64,000 nucleotides of DNA from Acidobacteriota bacterium (GCA_023429845.1 JAEZCY010000374.1:8904-72903); one strand, 5' to 3'. Shown: positions 32,190 through 42,430, counted from the stretch's first letter. Notes: generated by a model not told the origin, from the sequence alone. A program made the numbers and translations.

Positions 32190-32398
32190 GCGTGCCGGCG
32201 GCACCGATCGGTGCTCCGGCTGCGCATCACGCACGTCGAGCAGCTGCAGGGGATGGAGGAGCGGACCGCATCCACGACCCTGCAGCTGAACCTCCGCGCG
32301 ACCTCCGACGAGACGGAGCCCGGTAAGCCCGTCGTTCACGTCGGGGTCGCCGACGAGCGCCTCGGCAAGCGGCGGAATTGCGGCATACTCACCCGCAC

Positions 32399-33754
32399 AT
32401 GGTCAACGGGTCGGCGCGCGGCAACCAGAGCGTCCAGCGGTCCATCGCGCGCATCGTGCTCCCATACGCGGGGTTCGCCGCGTTGTGGATCCTCCTCTCC
32501 GATCGCGCACTCGACCAACTGGTGCCGGGCGCTGCGGCCTACTCGGCGTTCTCGACAATCAAGGGCCTTTGCTTCGTCGCCGTCACGGCCGGCCTGCTGT
32601 GGATGCTGCTCCGTCTCGAGTTGACGCGCCGTGCCACCGCGGAGCGCGCCTTGCAGCTGACGACGGAACAACTCGAGCGCGCGCAGCAGGTGGCGCACCT
32701 CGGGATCTGGTCCTGGGACATCCCGAACGATCGGCTGACCTGGTCCGACCAGATGTTCGCGATCTTCGGGATCAGTCGCGAGGCGTTCGTCGGCGACCTG
32801 CGCGGCATCGCGCTCGGAGCCATCCATCCCGACGATCGTGACCGCGTGGTGGCCGCCAACCGGGCGGTGCTCACCGGTGAGCCGGCGAGGCGCATCGAGT
32901 ACCGCGTGGTGTGGCCGGACGGCACCGTCAGGACGGTGTGGGCCGAGGGTGCCGACCTCACGGCTGACGAGTCGGGCCGCCCGCTGCAGGTCACCGGCAT
33001 CGTGCAGGACATCACCGAGCGCTCACTCGTCGAGCGTCAGTTGTTGCGCGCCCAGCGTTCCCAGGCCGCCGGCGCCCTCGCGAGCGGCATCGCGCACGAC
33101 CTGAACAACGTGCTGACGCCCGTGATGATGATTGCGCCGCTGTTGCGCGACCGTGTCACCGAGGACGAGGACAAGGAGATGCTCGACACGCTGGACCAGG
33201 CGGCCCAGCGCGGGTCGGCCATCATCGGGAAGCTGCTGACCTTCGCCCGCGGCGAGCCGACCGTCCGCACGCGCCTCGCGGTGCGCGGACTGGTCAACGA
33301 GATGGAGAAGATCGCGAAGGACACCTTTCCTCGCGACATCGTGATGCAGACAGACCTGCCCCCGGACCTCTGGGACGTCGCGGGCGACGCGACGCTGCTG
33401 CACCAGGTGCTGCTGAACCTGTGTCTCAACGCGCGCGACGCCATGCCGCAGGGTGGTCGGTTGACGATCTCCGCGGCCAACGTCACGCTCGATGAGCAGG
33501 AGGTCGTCGGCGACGTCGTGGCCGGCCCGTTCGTCAGGTTGACGGTCAGCGACGTCGGGACCGGCATTGCCGCCGAGCATCTCGATCGCATCTTCGACCC
33601 GTTCTTCACGACCAAGGACGTCGGCAAGGGCACGGGTCTTGGCCTCTCGAGCGTCATGGGCATCGTGCGCGGACACCAGGGCTTCGTGCGCGTCGAGAGC
33701 CTGCCCGGGCAGGGAAGCCGCTTCGACGTCTACCTGCCCGCACACGTCAGGTAG
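32399..33754 (+). CDS. Membrane PAS-domain sensor histidine kinase
   Basis: Two TM helices, PAS (GIWSWD...IHPDDRD...QDITER), [28 protein letters not shown] and GTGLGL. Confidence 0.92.
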   Translation: MVNGSARGNQSVQRSIARIVLPYAGFAALWILLSDRALDQLVPGAAAYSAFSTIKGLCFVAVTAGLLWMLLRLELTRRATAERALQLTTEQLERAQQVAHLGIWSWDIPNDRLTWSDQMFAIFGISREAFVGDLRGIALGAIHPDDRDRVVAANRAVLTGEPARRIEYRVVWPDGTVRTVWAEGADLTADESGRPLQVTGIVQDITERSLVERQLLRAQRSQAAGALASGIAHDLNNVLTPVMMIAPLLRDRVTEDEDKEMLDTLDQAAQRGSAIIGKLLTFARGEPTVRTRLAVRGLVNEMEKIAKDTFPRDIVMQTDLPPDLWDVAGDATLLHQVLLNLCLNARDAMPQGGRLTISAANVTLDEQEVVGDVVAGPFVRLTVSDVGTGIAAEHLDRIFDPFFTTKDVGKGTGLGLSSVMGIVRGHQGFVRVESLPGQGSRFDVYLPAHVR

Positions 33755-33775
33755 GGACCGCTGTCCCAGCGATCC
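33741..33775 (+). repeat. 35-bp GTAG REP-like element (family A), copy 2, overlapping the kinase stop codon
   Basis: CACACGTCAGGTAGGGACCGCTGTCCCAGCGATCC; its TAG (33752-33754) is the kinase stop. Confidence 0.85.
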
Positions 33776-33826
33776 GTCCGCGTAGTCCGGCAGGAGCCGT
33801 CTGCGCTGCGACCGTCCCTTTTCGAC

Positions 33827-34612
33827 CTACCCGTGGATGGTGGCTTCGGCCAACAGCTTCTTCAAGCGGTTGTCGGGGCCGCGGCTGGCGACCAGGCGCG
33901 TGCCGTCGCGCAGGATGACGGCGTACTCGCCATGGAAGAGCGGCTGCAACTCGCGGATCCGGTCGGCATTGACGATGGTCGAGCGATGGATCCGGATGAA
34001 CTGCGACGCATCGAGCACCGATTCCATGCCCTTCATCGTCTCGCGCAGCAGATGCGACTGCGGCCCCATGTGCAGGCGCACGTAGTTGCCCTCGGCCTCG
34101 ATCCAGTCGATGTCGTCCACCTTGACGAAGAACACCCGCCCGGACGACTTGACGACGATGCGTTGCTTCTCGCGCTGCTCCGCCGTGAGTGAGGCCACCA
34201 GGGCGCGGAGACGGTCCTTGTCCACGCTGGCGTCGACGGCGCCGCGCTTGGCGATCGCCGCGCGTGCACGTTGCAGCGCCTGCGAGAAGCGCTCGGCGTT
34301 GAACGGCTTCAGCACGTAGTCGAGGGCATGCACCTCGAACGCCTTGAGCGCGTACTGGTCGTACGCCGTCACGAACACCACGTAGGGCATGTACTCGCCC
34401 TCGAGTGCGCGCAGCACGCCGAAGCCGTCCACGCTCGGCATCTGCACGTCGAGGAACACGAGGTCGGGCCGCAGCGCCCGAATCGCCTCGATGGCCTGCT
34501 GTCCGTCGCCGCACTCGCCGGCCACGACGACGTCGTCGTGCATGCCGAGCATCATGCGCACGCGCTCGCGGGCGAGGGGTTCGTCGTCGATGATCAGGGT
34601 CCGCAGGGTCAT
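33827..34612 (-). CDS. LytTR family response regulator
   Basis: IIDDEPLAR, FLDVQMP, TAYDQYA, DYVLKPF; LytTR domain IDWIEAEGNY and FIRIHRSTIVN. Confidence 0.96.
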   Translation of the reverse strand: MTLRTLIIDDEPLARERVRMMLGMHDDVVVAGECGDGQQAIEAIRALRPDLVFLDVQMPSVDGFGVLRALEGEYMPYVVFVTAYDQYALKAFEVHALDYVLKPFNAERFSQALQRARAAIAKRGAVDASVDKDRLRALVASLTAEQREKQRIVVKSSGRVFFVKVDDIDWIEAEGNYVRLHMGPQSHLLRETMKGMESVLDASQFIRIHRSTIVNADRIRELQPLFHGEYAVILRDGTRLVASRGPDNRLKKLLAEATIHG

Positions 34613-35880
34613 GCCGAGACTCCTTCGACGGACGCGGAGCGTTCCGCGGCGTCTCCTAACGGCAGGCGGAGCCGGACGACGGCGCCGCCTTCGGGGTGGT
34701 TGGACAGCGTCAGCACGGCCCCCGGACCGTACAGCTCGCGCAGGCGTTCACGTGTGTTGCGCAGGCCGATGCCGCGCATCGGCAGGCCCTCCGGCCCGAG
34801 CCGGAAGCCGGGGCCGTCGTCGCGCACGGCGAGATCGAGCCAGTGCCCGCTGCGGCGCGCCGTGACTTCGATGCGCCCGCACTCCGGACGCGTGGCCAGG
34901 CCATGCTTGATGGCGTTCTCGGCGATGGGCTGCAACACCTGATTAGGTACGAAGACGTCGAGCAGGTGTTCCGGCACGTCGATGTCCACCCTCAGCCGGT
35001 CCTGGAAGCGCGTCCGCTGGATGTCCAGGTAGCGGCTCAGGAACTCCACTTCCTGTCCCAGGCACACCTCCTGGACCCCAATCGACTCGAGGGACATGCG
35101 CAGCAGGTCGCTCAGCTGCGTGATCATCTCGTCGGCCGCATGCGCGTCGCGGTGCACCAGCGTCGAGATGGCATTCAGCGTGTTGAAGAGGAAGTGCGGG
35201 TGCAGCTGTCCCTTGAGCACCTCGAGCTGCGCCTTCGCCAGTCTGGCTTCGAGTTGTGACGCCCGAAGCGCCCGATCCCGGAAACGCTTGTAGTTGTGCC
35301 ACGCCTGATGCACGGCGACCAGCACCCAGTAGGACTGGAACGCGAGATAGAACTGCGAGACCAGCAGCCACGAGAACGGCAGCGGCGCCGGATCCACGAA
35401 CGGGATGTGGCTGACCGCCCATCGGCAGCCGGCGTATGCCACGCACACGCCGAGGGAGCCGAGCAGGTGCACGCCGAACGACCGGCGCCAGTTGCCGGGT
35501 TCGAGGGGGAACCGCCGCGCGACCGTGAAGATCGCCGGGGCCAGCAGGAGGAACGGCAGCCACGTCGCGAAGCCCGAGAAGATGATCTCGGCCATCGGCA
35601 GGTCCACGCCGCGCATGCTGTACTGCAGCGCGAGCTGCGGCATCGTGACGACGCTGAGGACGACGAGGATGGAGGCAAGGACGAGCCAGCCGTGACGTTC
35701 GATGGCTTCCGTGTGCGAAGCGTTCGGCATGCGCAAAGTGTCCACGACGGCGGAGCGCAGGCCTCCGACGCGCAGATCGGCAGGGTCCACCGCAGGCAGG
35801 GCACCCTCGCGCGAGGCGACGGAAGCAGGTGACAGGGACATGCGGCTGAGCCGAACCACATCCGGTCTATCCCGCTCCAT
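34609..35880 (-). CDS. LytS/YehU-type sensor histidine kinase (start uncertain, may be further downstream)
   Basis: TM helices; QLHPHFLFNTLN, LQPIAENAIKHG, DDGPG and GIGLRN. Overlaps the regulator start (ATGA). Confidence 0.92.
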   Translation of the reverse strand: MERDRPDVVRLSRMSLSPASVASREGALPAVDPADLRVGGLRSAVVDTLRMPNASHTEAIERHGWLVLASILVVLSVVTMPQLALQYSMRGVDLPMAEIIFSGFATWLPFLLLAPAIFTVARRFPLEPGNWRRSFGVHLLGSLGVCVAYAGCRWAVSHIPFVDPAPLPFSWLLVSQFYLAFQSYWVLVAVHQAWHNYKRFRDRALRASQLEARLAKAQLEVLKGQLHPHFLFNTLNAISTLVHRDAHAADEMITQLSDLLRMSLESIGVQEVCLGQEVEFLSRYLDIQRTRFQDRLRVDIDVPEHLLDVFVPNQVLQPIAENAIKHGLATRPECGRIEVTARRSGHWLDLAVRDDGPGFRLGPEGLPMRGIGLRNTRERLRELYGPGAVLTLSNHPEGGAVVRLRLPLGDAAERSASVEGVSA

Positions 35881-36008
35881 GGCCGGCCTGCAACAGGTTC
35901 GGGACGAAGCGGATACTGATGGGACGAACCGGAGGGCCGCGGCGTTCAGTGGTCCAGGGCAAAATCACGGCGCTGCCCCTGAGCCAGGAGGTGCGTACCA
36001 GTACCGAT

Positions 36009-36085
36009 GGTACGTAGCCGACAGCAAGGGAGGTCCGTAGCCGTCGGGCCAGGAGGTACGTAGCGGTCGGGGCCCTGCCCGACGG
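36009..36085 (+). repeat. Cluster of three CGTAGC-headed REP-like units (family B)
   Basis: GGTACGTAGCCG..., GGTCCGTAGCCGTCGGGCC, and GGTACGTAGCGGTCGGGGCCCTGCCCGACGG. Confidence 0.6.
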
Positions 36086-36095
36086 ACTGATCGCG

Positions 36096-36320
36096 TCAGT
36101 GCGCCTGGCCGTTGCCGGCCGAGGTCCAGCGCAGCGCAGGGTTGCCCTGGGCGGCGGCCGCGACGGCCTCGGCGAGCTCGGCGAACCGGTCATCCTCGAT
36201 GCGGAGGTTCAGGTCGCCGATCTGCAGGTGCAGGCAGCCGTGCTCGCAGCGGTAGACGCAGCACTCCCCTGATTCTCCGAGCATCTCGTACTGATCGTCC
36301 GTGAGTCCGTGGTCTGCCAT
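36096..36320 (-). CDS. 74-aa hypothetical Cys/His-rich protein
   Basis: MADHGLTDDQYEMLGESGECCVYRCEHGCLHLQIGDLNLRIEDDRFAELAEAV...; high GC3 codon usage confined to this 3' part of the longer ORF. Confidence 0.7.
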   Translation of the reverse strand: MADHGLTDDQYEMLGESGECCVYRCEHGCLHLQIGDLNLRIEDDRFAELAEAVAAAAQGNPALRWTSAGNGQAH

Positions 36321-36439
36321 GGCGTTCCGGCCGCATCGGCCGAACGGGCAGCGTAACGTTCCCCGTCGACGATGGTCAAGGCGTCGGGCAGGGGAGCGGC
36401 GAGCGCGTTGACCGCCGCGGCGGCTGCCAAACCATGTTT

Positions 36440-36813
36440 CGCGAGCAGCCACTGCCACGGACGGCAGATGGGCCGGGCGCGATGGACGAGCTGCCCGGCG
36501 AGCCAGCGGGGCCTGCGCATCGAGGTGCGTGCGCGCCATGCGGACCACGAGTTCGAGTCGTACGGACACGCGCTCGGGTATGCCGATCGCCTCGAAGGGC
36601 GCGGTGGGGGCGGCCGCCGCCGAGCCTGCACGAGGCGCTGGAGTGGCTCGCCGAGCTCGACGCGCGGCAAGCGCGGGCCGTGGAGCTCCGCTACTTCGCA
36701 AGGTGTGGGTCGAGGAGGTCGCGGACGCGATGGGGATCTCGCCGGCGACCGTCAAACGGGGGTGGCAGACCGTGCGCGTCTGGCTGGCGCACGATCTACG
36801 CCTGGGCGCGTGA
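36440..36813 (+). pseudogene. Degraded ECF sigma factor remnant (kinase-associated TIGR02999-like type)
   Basis: LHEALEWLAELDARQARAVELRYFA in one frame, then VEEVADAMGISPATVKRGWQTVRVWL in another (sigma region 4). Upstream AMDELP trace; 5' boundary approximate. Confidence 0.75.
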
Positions 36814-36843
36814 ATCGTCGCCCCGGACGAGTTCCTGAAGAGT

Positions 36844-37953
36844 TCAACGACCTGCCGCTGCCCGAAACAGCATGCCGGCATCCACCACCCATCCATGCGA
36901 CCGGACCCACTCGTTGCGTTCATCCGCTGTCTGAGGGCCCAACTCGCCATACAGGGTGCGGTCGATTGTGCCGATGACCATGTCCCATCCGTAGCGGTAC
37001 TGGAACGCCTGCCAGAACCTCCGCCAGCGGCTCCCCGACCGAGTCGGATCGAGGCGGACGTTCAAGGCGTCGACCGGGCTGCACGCACATCCTTTCAAAG
37101 CGTAGATGATCTCGCTGGGGATGATGCGTACCCGTAGTGGAATCACGCCGCGCCACATGTCGATGTTACGCACGGTGGTTCCGTCCACGCTGTACGCTCC
37201 GACCCCCAGCCCGATCTCCACCGACCGTCCCAGTGGGGACACGGGTTGCGACCATCGCCAGCGAAGGAGGCGCCCGACCGGTACGTACGCGATTGCGCTC
37301 ATCGTGGTGATGCGTGTTTTCCCGGTGTAGCGCGTCTCGTCCTTCAACCGGTCGTCGGTCAGCCAGCTCAGCTCGAGTTGGATGGACACGACATTGTTGG
37401 ACCTGTCGACGCGGCACCGCCGGAATCGCCGCTGGTTCTCCTCGTAGTCTGCCCAGAACCCTGGATCGTAGGCGCGGCTCGGGTCGAGGGCGTTCGTGAG
37501 TTCATCGAGCGCCGCGCGATGAGCGCTGCGCTCCGGCCTTAGTGCCAGCACGGCGTCCAGTAACGTGCGCTGACTGTAAGGTCGAAGGGCTTTCTGGGCG
37601 GCCTCGATATCCCGCAGCAGCGCCTCAAGACGTTCCTCTCTTGTGGCACCAACTTCGCTGTCGATCGCACGAATGACGTTCTCGAAGATTGTCGCCTGCG
37701 CGCGCCACGTGCTCGCCTGCACGGGGACCTGCAAGCCCGCACTGGTATACGCCACGAGAGCCAGCGTCTCGGGCGGCGACAGGGGTGCACCGATGCACAC
37801 CACGTCGCCGGCAAGGAAGCCCACGCCGTCGAACTCGCCCGGACCGCTCAACTCGTCGAGCCATGCGAGCCATTTCAGCGCCGCTGCATTGGTGGGCGTG
37901 AGTGCGTTGAGGAGAACAGCAGCCAGCAGGAAAGCGGGGACCGAACGGCGCAC
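36844..37953 (-). CDS. Hypothetical secreted protein
   Basis: Signal peptide MRRSVPAFLLAAVLLNALTPTNAAA, GGAGG SD, 369-aa open frame, visibly more A/T-rich codons. No family recognised. Confidence 0.7.
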   Translation of the reverse strand: MRRSVPAFLLAAVLLNALTPTNAAALKWLAWLDELSGPGEFDGVGFLAGDVVCIGAPLSPPETLALVAYTSAGLQVPVQASTWRAQATIFENVIRAIDSEVGATREERLEALLRDIEAAQKALRPYSQRTLLDAVLALRPERSAHRAALDELTNALDPSRAYDPGFWADYEENQRRFRRCRVDRSNNVVSIQLELSWLTDDRLKDETRYTGKTRITTMSAIAYVPVGRLLRWRWSQPVSPLGRSVEIGLGVGAYSVDGTTVRNIDMWRGVIPLRVRIIPSEIIYALKGCACSPVDALNVRLDPTRSGSRWRRFWQAFQYRYGWDMVIGTIDRTLYGELGPQTADERNEWVRSHGWVVDAGMLFRAAAGR

Positions 37954-37963
37954 GCGACCTCCT

Positions 37964-40042
37964 TCACGGGGGCGATTCTGGCGTGTAGCCCGGCACCAAC
38001 GGATACGCGTCGAAGGGTGAGCCTTCGTGGCCCGTCAACTGCAACTGCGGCTCGCTCGATGCAACGACACGATTGCGCGGAGCCATCTTGCCAGGGCAGT
38101 GCAGCAGCCAGTCACGCTGATGCTCTCCAATAACGTAGCAACGCTCGGCGCCGTACAGGACCTCGCGGGCGTCCTTGGTGTACATGACGCGCCAGCTCCC
38201 GACGACAGCCGCGGCGATCAGCACGACGATCGCGATGACGGCAATCGATGCCACCCCAGACACCTTGCCGGCCGGCAACCTGCGCGACAGGAGCTGCAGG
38301 CCGACGACAAGCAGTGCCACGAGCGACAACAGCATGCGGAAGTTCGATTTCTGCTCGCGCAACCCGCTGTGGAAGACACCGAAGATCTCTGCCGATCCAT
38401 CGACGGCGGACGTGGTCAGTGCCGCCACGAACTCCGGGTACGCGCTCAGCACGGCCACCAGCCCGCCGATACCCAGGAGGCAGCACACCTGGTCCACCAC
38501 CGCCCTCGTCAACAGCTGTCGACGCGCGAGATGGCGTGTCACGTCGGCCATCGTGAGCTCGACGCGTGCCATGAGTCGCGGGGCGATTCCACCGGCGATC
38601 TGCCACACCATCGCGCCCATCGGCACCGTGATCAGGGCGAGCGCGGCGACGATGGCTGGCCCGAGCATCGACTTGGCCCCGACGACGACATGCGCGAGTG
38701 CCGACTCGTTCGCGAAGCGGCCATGGCGGCCGAGCACGGCGTTGAACTCCATTGTGCTGATCGCGCCCGCCACGAACACCGCGGCGAGACCTGCGGCAAC
38801 GGCCACGATCACGGCCCGCAGGTTGGATGTGTGCGGGTCGGGCGGTTTGGGCGGTGGGACAGGCGTGACGTCCACGGCCGTACGCGGCGGAACATGCTCG
38901 ACCCGCTGTGGCACGGCGCTGCGGTTCGCTCTCGGCACCGCTCGCGCCAGGGCTTGCCTGAACTCGCCGTTGAGCACCGGCCGGCGCTTCGGCTCGGCGT
39001 CCAGCATGCGCGCGACGATGACGGCCAGCGCCGCCGGCACACCCGGCAGCGCCTGGGCCACCCATTCGCAGTCGACGCCGGCGTCGGCGCGACTGGCCAG
39101 AGGCGGCTCCGGATACCGACCCGTGAGCAGGAAGTACAGCAACACGCCGAGGCTGTAGACGTCGGATGCGGGCGTGGCATGTCCGCCCACCAGGATCTCG
39201 GGCGCCATGTAGAGCGGCGTGCCGATCATCTGCGTGCGGGTCTGGCGCTCGCCGTGCAGTTCGCGACCGGCGCCGAAGTCCATCAGCACGATGCGACCGG
39301 TGGTGGCCCGCATCACGTTGCTCGCCTTGATGTCCCGGTGCAGCAGCCCTCGACGGTGCACGGCGGCGACGGCGCCACATAGCGTGGCGCTGATCAGCGC
39401 CGCGTCGCGAGGAGGGAAGGGTCCGTTGGCCTCGACGAGACTTGCCAGCGTGCGCCCACGCACGTACTCCATCGCGATGGCGAGGACGTCGCCCGATTGA
39501 TGCGTGCTGTGGACCTTCACCACGTTCGGGTGGTTCAGGCGCGCGAGCATCTGGCCCTCGCGACGGATGATCTCGCGCCGTTCTGGGTAGACCGATGAAT
39601 CGATGAGTTTCAGGGCCACTTCGCGCTGCAGGTTCTGCTCCCACGCGCGATACACGACGCCAAAGCCGCCGCGCCCGAGTTCCTGCAGCAGGAGGAAGTC
39701 GCCCCACAGACGATTGCCGTCCGCGTCGGGTCGCTGGCTGGTCTCTGGCGTGGTCGGAGGTCCGCCGCCTCGAGGGGGCAGGGCGAAGGCACCTGCCGGA
39801 GGCGTGATCTGGGTGCTCTCCAGCAGGGATCGCACCGCTGAGTCGCGCTCGTACTCGGCGAGGAGCGCGTCAACGTAGGCGCGCAACTCGGCATCGCTGC
39901 CGCACTCGGAGTCGAGCGCTGCCGCGCGGTCGTCCGGCGACAGGTCGAGGACCCGCGCGATCACCGTCCTGGCGCGCTGCCACTTCCTCTTGTCGGTGCC
40001 CACGCGATGCCCCGCGGGCGCGGCGCCCTGTTGCATGCCCAC
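37964..40042 (-). CDS. Hanks-type Ser/Thr protein kinase with C-terminal multi-TM region
   Basis: LGRGGFGVVY, VALK, HRDIKASN, DFG and GTPLYMAPE. N-terminal WQRARTVIARVLDL...CGSDAELRAYVDALL segment. About 4-5 hydrophobic helices. Confidence 0.92.
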   Translation of the reverse strand: MGMQQGAAPAGHRVGTDKRKWQRARTVIARVLDLSPDDRAAALDSECGSDAELRAYVDALLAEYERDSAVRSLLESTQITPPAGAFALPPRGGGPPTTPETSQRPDADGNRLWGDFLLLQELGRGGFGVVYRAWEQNLQREVALKLIDSSVYPERREIIRREGQMLARLNHPNVVKVHSTHQSGDVLAIAMEYVRGRTLASLVEANGPFPPRDAALISATLCGAVAAVHRRGLLHRDIKASNVMRATTGRIVLMDFGAGRELHGERQTRTQMIGTPLYMAPEILVGGHATPASDVYSLGVLLYFLLTGRYPEPPLASRADAGVDCEWVAQALPGVPAALAVIVARMLDAEPKRRPVLNGEFRQALARAVPRANRSAVPQRVEHVPPRTAVDVTPVPPPKPPDPHTSNLRAVIVAVAAGLAAVFVAGAISTMEFNAVLGRHGRFANESALAHVVVGAKSMLGPAIVAALALITVPMGAMVWQIAGGIAPRLMARVELTMADVTRHLARRQLLTRAVVDQVCCLLGIGGLVAVLSAYPEFVAALTTSAVDGSAEIFGVFHSGLREQKSNFRMLLSLVALLVVGLQLLSRRLPAGKVSGVASIAVIAIVVLIAAAVVGSWRVMYTKDAREVLYGAERCYVIGEHQRDWLLHCPGKMAPRNRVVASSEPQLQLTGHEGSPFDAYPLVPGYTPESPP

Positions 40043-40226
40043 CTGCCGTCGTACAGGAGAGGACGCATCCGCACGGGCCCGGGTTCGCAGTGCGACCAGG
40101 TCCGTGTTCAGCTGGTTACCAGAGATTCAACTGTACACCAGTGTCGAAGCGGTACCGGTCTGACGCGCGCGGAGCCGCAACGGCCGGCTGGACACCGCTC
40201 GGGATTCGCGTTCTGATCGGACCCGC

Positions 40227-40955
40227 ATGGAGCGCCAGTATCACGAGTGGTTCTCGCACCGCCTCGGCTTCGACATGGGCCTGGTCGTCTACGGCAACTT
40301 CGGCACGCCGGTGCTGGCCTTCCCGACGAGCGGGGGCGACGAGTGGGAGATGGAGCGCCAGCGGATGATCGGCACCCTGGCGCCGTACATCGAGCAGGGC
40401 CGCATCAAGGTGTTCTGCGTGCGATCGGCCACGGGCGCTTCGTTCTACAACCGCAGCGCCCATCCCTTCCACCGCAGCTGGATGCAGAAGCAGTACGACG
40501 AGTACGTCCGCCACGAAGTGGTGCCGTTCATCCACGACAACTGCCGCGGGCTCCTGCCGATCGCCACGATGGGCGCGTCGCTCGGCGCGTACCACGCCGC
40601 CAACAGCGCCTTCAAGCATCCCGACACCTTCAAATGGTGCTTCGCCCTCTCGGGCATCTACGACATGCGCCGCTTCATGGACGGCATGTACGACGAGCAC
40701 TTCTACTTCAACAACCCCATCGACTACCTCGCCAACGCCGCCGACCCCTGGTTCCACGAGCACATCGCCTCATCGCACATCCATCTCGCGACGGGCAGCG
40801 GTGCCTGGGAGCGTCCGGAAGAGACATATCGGTTTGCGGAGGTACTGCGGCGGCGAGCCATCCCCCATCACCTGGACGACTGGGGACCGCAAGGCGGACA
40901 CGACTGGCCCTACTGGCATCACATGATGTGGGAGTACGTGGGACGACGTCTGTGA
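40227..40955 (+). CDS. Esterase (alpha/beta hydrolase)
   Basis: PVLAFPTSGG, nucleophile elbow MGASLGAYHA, LSGIYD and GHDWPYW. Confidence 0.9.
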   Translation: MERQYHEWFSHRLGFDMGLVVYGNFGTPVLAFPTSGGDEWEMERQRMIGTLAPYIEQGRIKVFCVRSATGASFYNRSAHPFHRSWMQKQYDEYVRHEVVPFIHDNCRGLLPIATMGASLGAYHAANSAFKHPDTFKWCFALSGIYDMRRFMDGMYDEHFYFNNPIDYLANAADPWFHEHIASSHIHLATGSGAWERPEETYRFAEVLRRRAIPHHLDDWGPQGGHDWPYWHHMMWEYVGRRL

Positions 40956-41020
40956 ACGTTCGCGGGCTGATTACCCGCACGCGTGGCCGGCGCTGCACAG
41001 CTGTCAGGGTGCCAACGCCC

Positions 41021-41050
41021 GCGCGTCGGGCAGGGCCCGACGCCTACGTG
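41021..41050 (-). repeat. GTAG-headed REP-like palindrome (family B) between convergent genes
   Basis: Minus strand CACGTAGGCGTCGGGCCCTGCCCGACGCGC, stem GCGTCGGGC/GCCCGACGC. Confidence 0.7.
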
Positions 41051-41065
41051 CGATCCACCTTTCGC

Positions 41066-42430
41066 TCAGTCACGCTCGGACACGCGGAACGCCGGCACCT
41101 GGCCGCCGCCGCTGGTGACGTTGGCCAGGCCCGACGCACTGAGCCGCGTCAGGAATCCCGCGACCCTGCCGCGGAACATGTACGGCGCACAGTCCACGAG
41201 CATGTCCCGGGTCGTCACCCGATGCGGGTGGCTCTCGACGATCGGGAACGGTTCGTAGCGCACCGGGATGCGTTCCTGCACGATCCACGATCCTGCCGGG
41301 GCGCGCCCGAGCGCCGTCTCGAGCGCCGCCTCCCACGTTGCGGCGTCGGCCTCCCAGCCCAGCGTGACGCCGTGCCCGCCGAAGTCGTCGGCAGGCTTGA
41401 GCACGAGCCGTTCGCGGTGGCGTCGCGTGAACTCGACGAGATCGACGTCCTCGCCGCTGCTGGTGCGCGTGCGCCGCTCGCCCACCGTTCGCGTCCAGGG
41501 CACGTGCGCGCGGATCACCGCCTGCTCGTCCGCCGTGAAGCGCCCCGCGTGCTTCTCGTCGGTCAGCACGGCGAAGAACGACTTCTTGTGCGCGATCTTG
41601 CACCGCAGCGTGTTGGCGATGCAGGCGAGGCGCTCGCGGTACGCCGTGACGAGCACGCGTGTGTCGTCGGGCCGCGCCACGATGTCGGTGATCAGTGCAC
41701 GCCGGTAGACGAGGTCCACCGGTTCGCCGTGAGCGACGAGGCGTCCCCTCGCGATCTCGAGCTCGCGTGGGTCGGCGATCACCGTGGGCACCCCGCGTGC
41801 CGTGAAATGCGCGGCAAGGATCTCGAACTCGTTCCACGTCGGCACACCGCGGAAGTCGGTGATGACGATGCGTGGCGGAACAGCCGTGCCGCCCCAGTCA
41901 CGGTAACTCTGGAGCAATGCGTCGAGCATCGCGTCCATGAGCGGGTATGCCTCCACGCGGAATCGCTCGCGGAACCGCGCCATGATCGGCAGCTGCGCGA
42001 AGACCCGCGCCAGCACCTCCGTGTACCCGAACCCGGCGGGCGACTCGGCGTTGTACTCGGCAAACATCAGCGAGTCCGGCAGCAGGAACGAGTCTACGCG
42101 ACTGGCCGTGCTCGCGACGCCGTAGCCGGGCTCGATCTCGACGAGCGCACGCTCCGCGTCCGACAGTCCGAAGTCGGCCAGCAGCACGGGGTCGGCCAGC
42201 GCCTCGCCGACGATGCGCTCGCCGAGCCGAGCCATCACCTCACAGGCCGCGCGCTGCCTCGCCTCATCGCGCTCGTCCAAGAACAGCGGCCGCAGGAACG
42301 GACAGCTGAGGCGCTCGCCGAAGACGAGCCGCGCCTCGCGCAGGCGCGCCGCGTGCGCCGCCCAGAACGGCTCGCTCAGTTCGCCCCCCTGCCCGAGCAG
42401 GTCCATCCACGCCTGGGCGGGAGTGGTCAT
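41066..42430 (-). CDS. Circularly permuted ATP-grasp ligase (glutathionylspermidine synthase-like)
   Basis: SRVDSF...AEYNAESPAG, DLVYRR, KIAHKKSFF, VLKPADDFGGHGV, WIVQE and LANVTSGGG. Confidence 0.85.
   Translation of the reverse strand: MTTPAQAWMDLLGQGGELSEPFWAAHAARLREARLVFGERLSCPFLRPLFLDERDEARQRAACEVMARLGERIVGEALADPVLLADFGLSDAERALVEIEPGYGVASTASRVDSFLLPDSLMFAEYNAESPAGFGYTEVLARVFAQLPIMARFRERFRVEAYPLMDAMLDALLQSYRDWGGTAVPPRIVITDFRGVPTWNEFEILAAHFTARGVPTVIADPRELEIARGRLVAHGEPVDLVYRRALITDIVARPDDTRVLVTAYRERLACIANTLRCKIAHKKSFFAVLTDEKHAGRFTADEQAVIRAHVPWTRTVGERRTRTSSGEDVDLVEFTRRHRERLVLKPADDFGGHGVTLGWEADAATWEAALETALGRAPAGSWIVQERIPVRYEPFPIVESHPHRVTTRDMLVDCAPYMFRGRVAGFLTRLSASGLANVTSGGGQVPAFRVSERD

Noticed and set aside
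37964..40042. Anti-phage defence kinase system
   Set aside because: No phosphatase, nuclease or other defence partner is nearby; the N-terminus matches ECF-associated signalling kinases.
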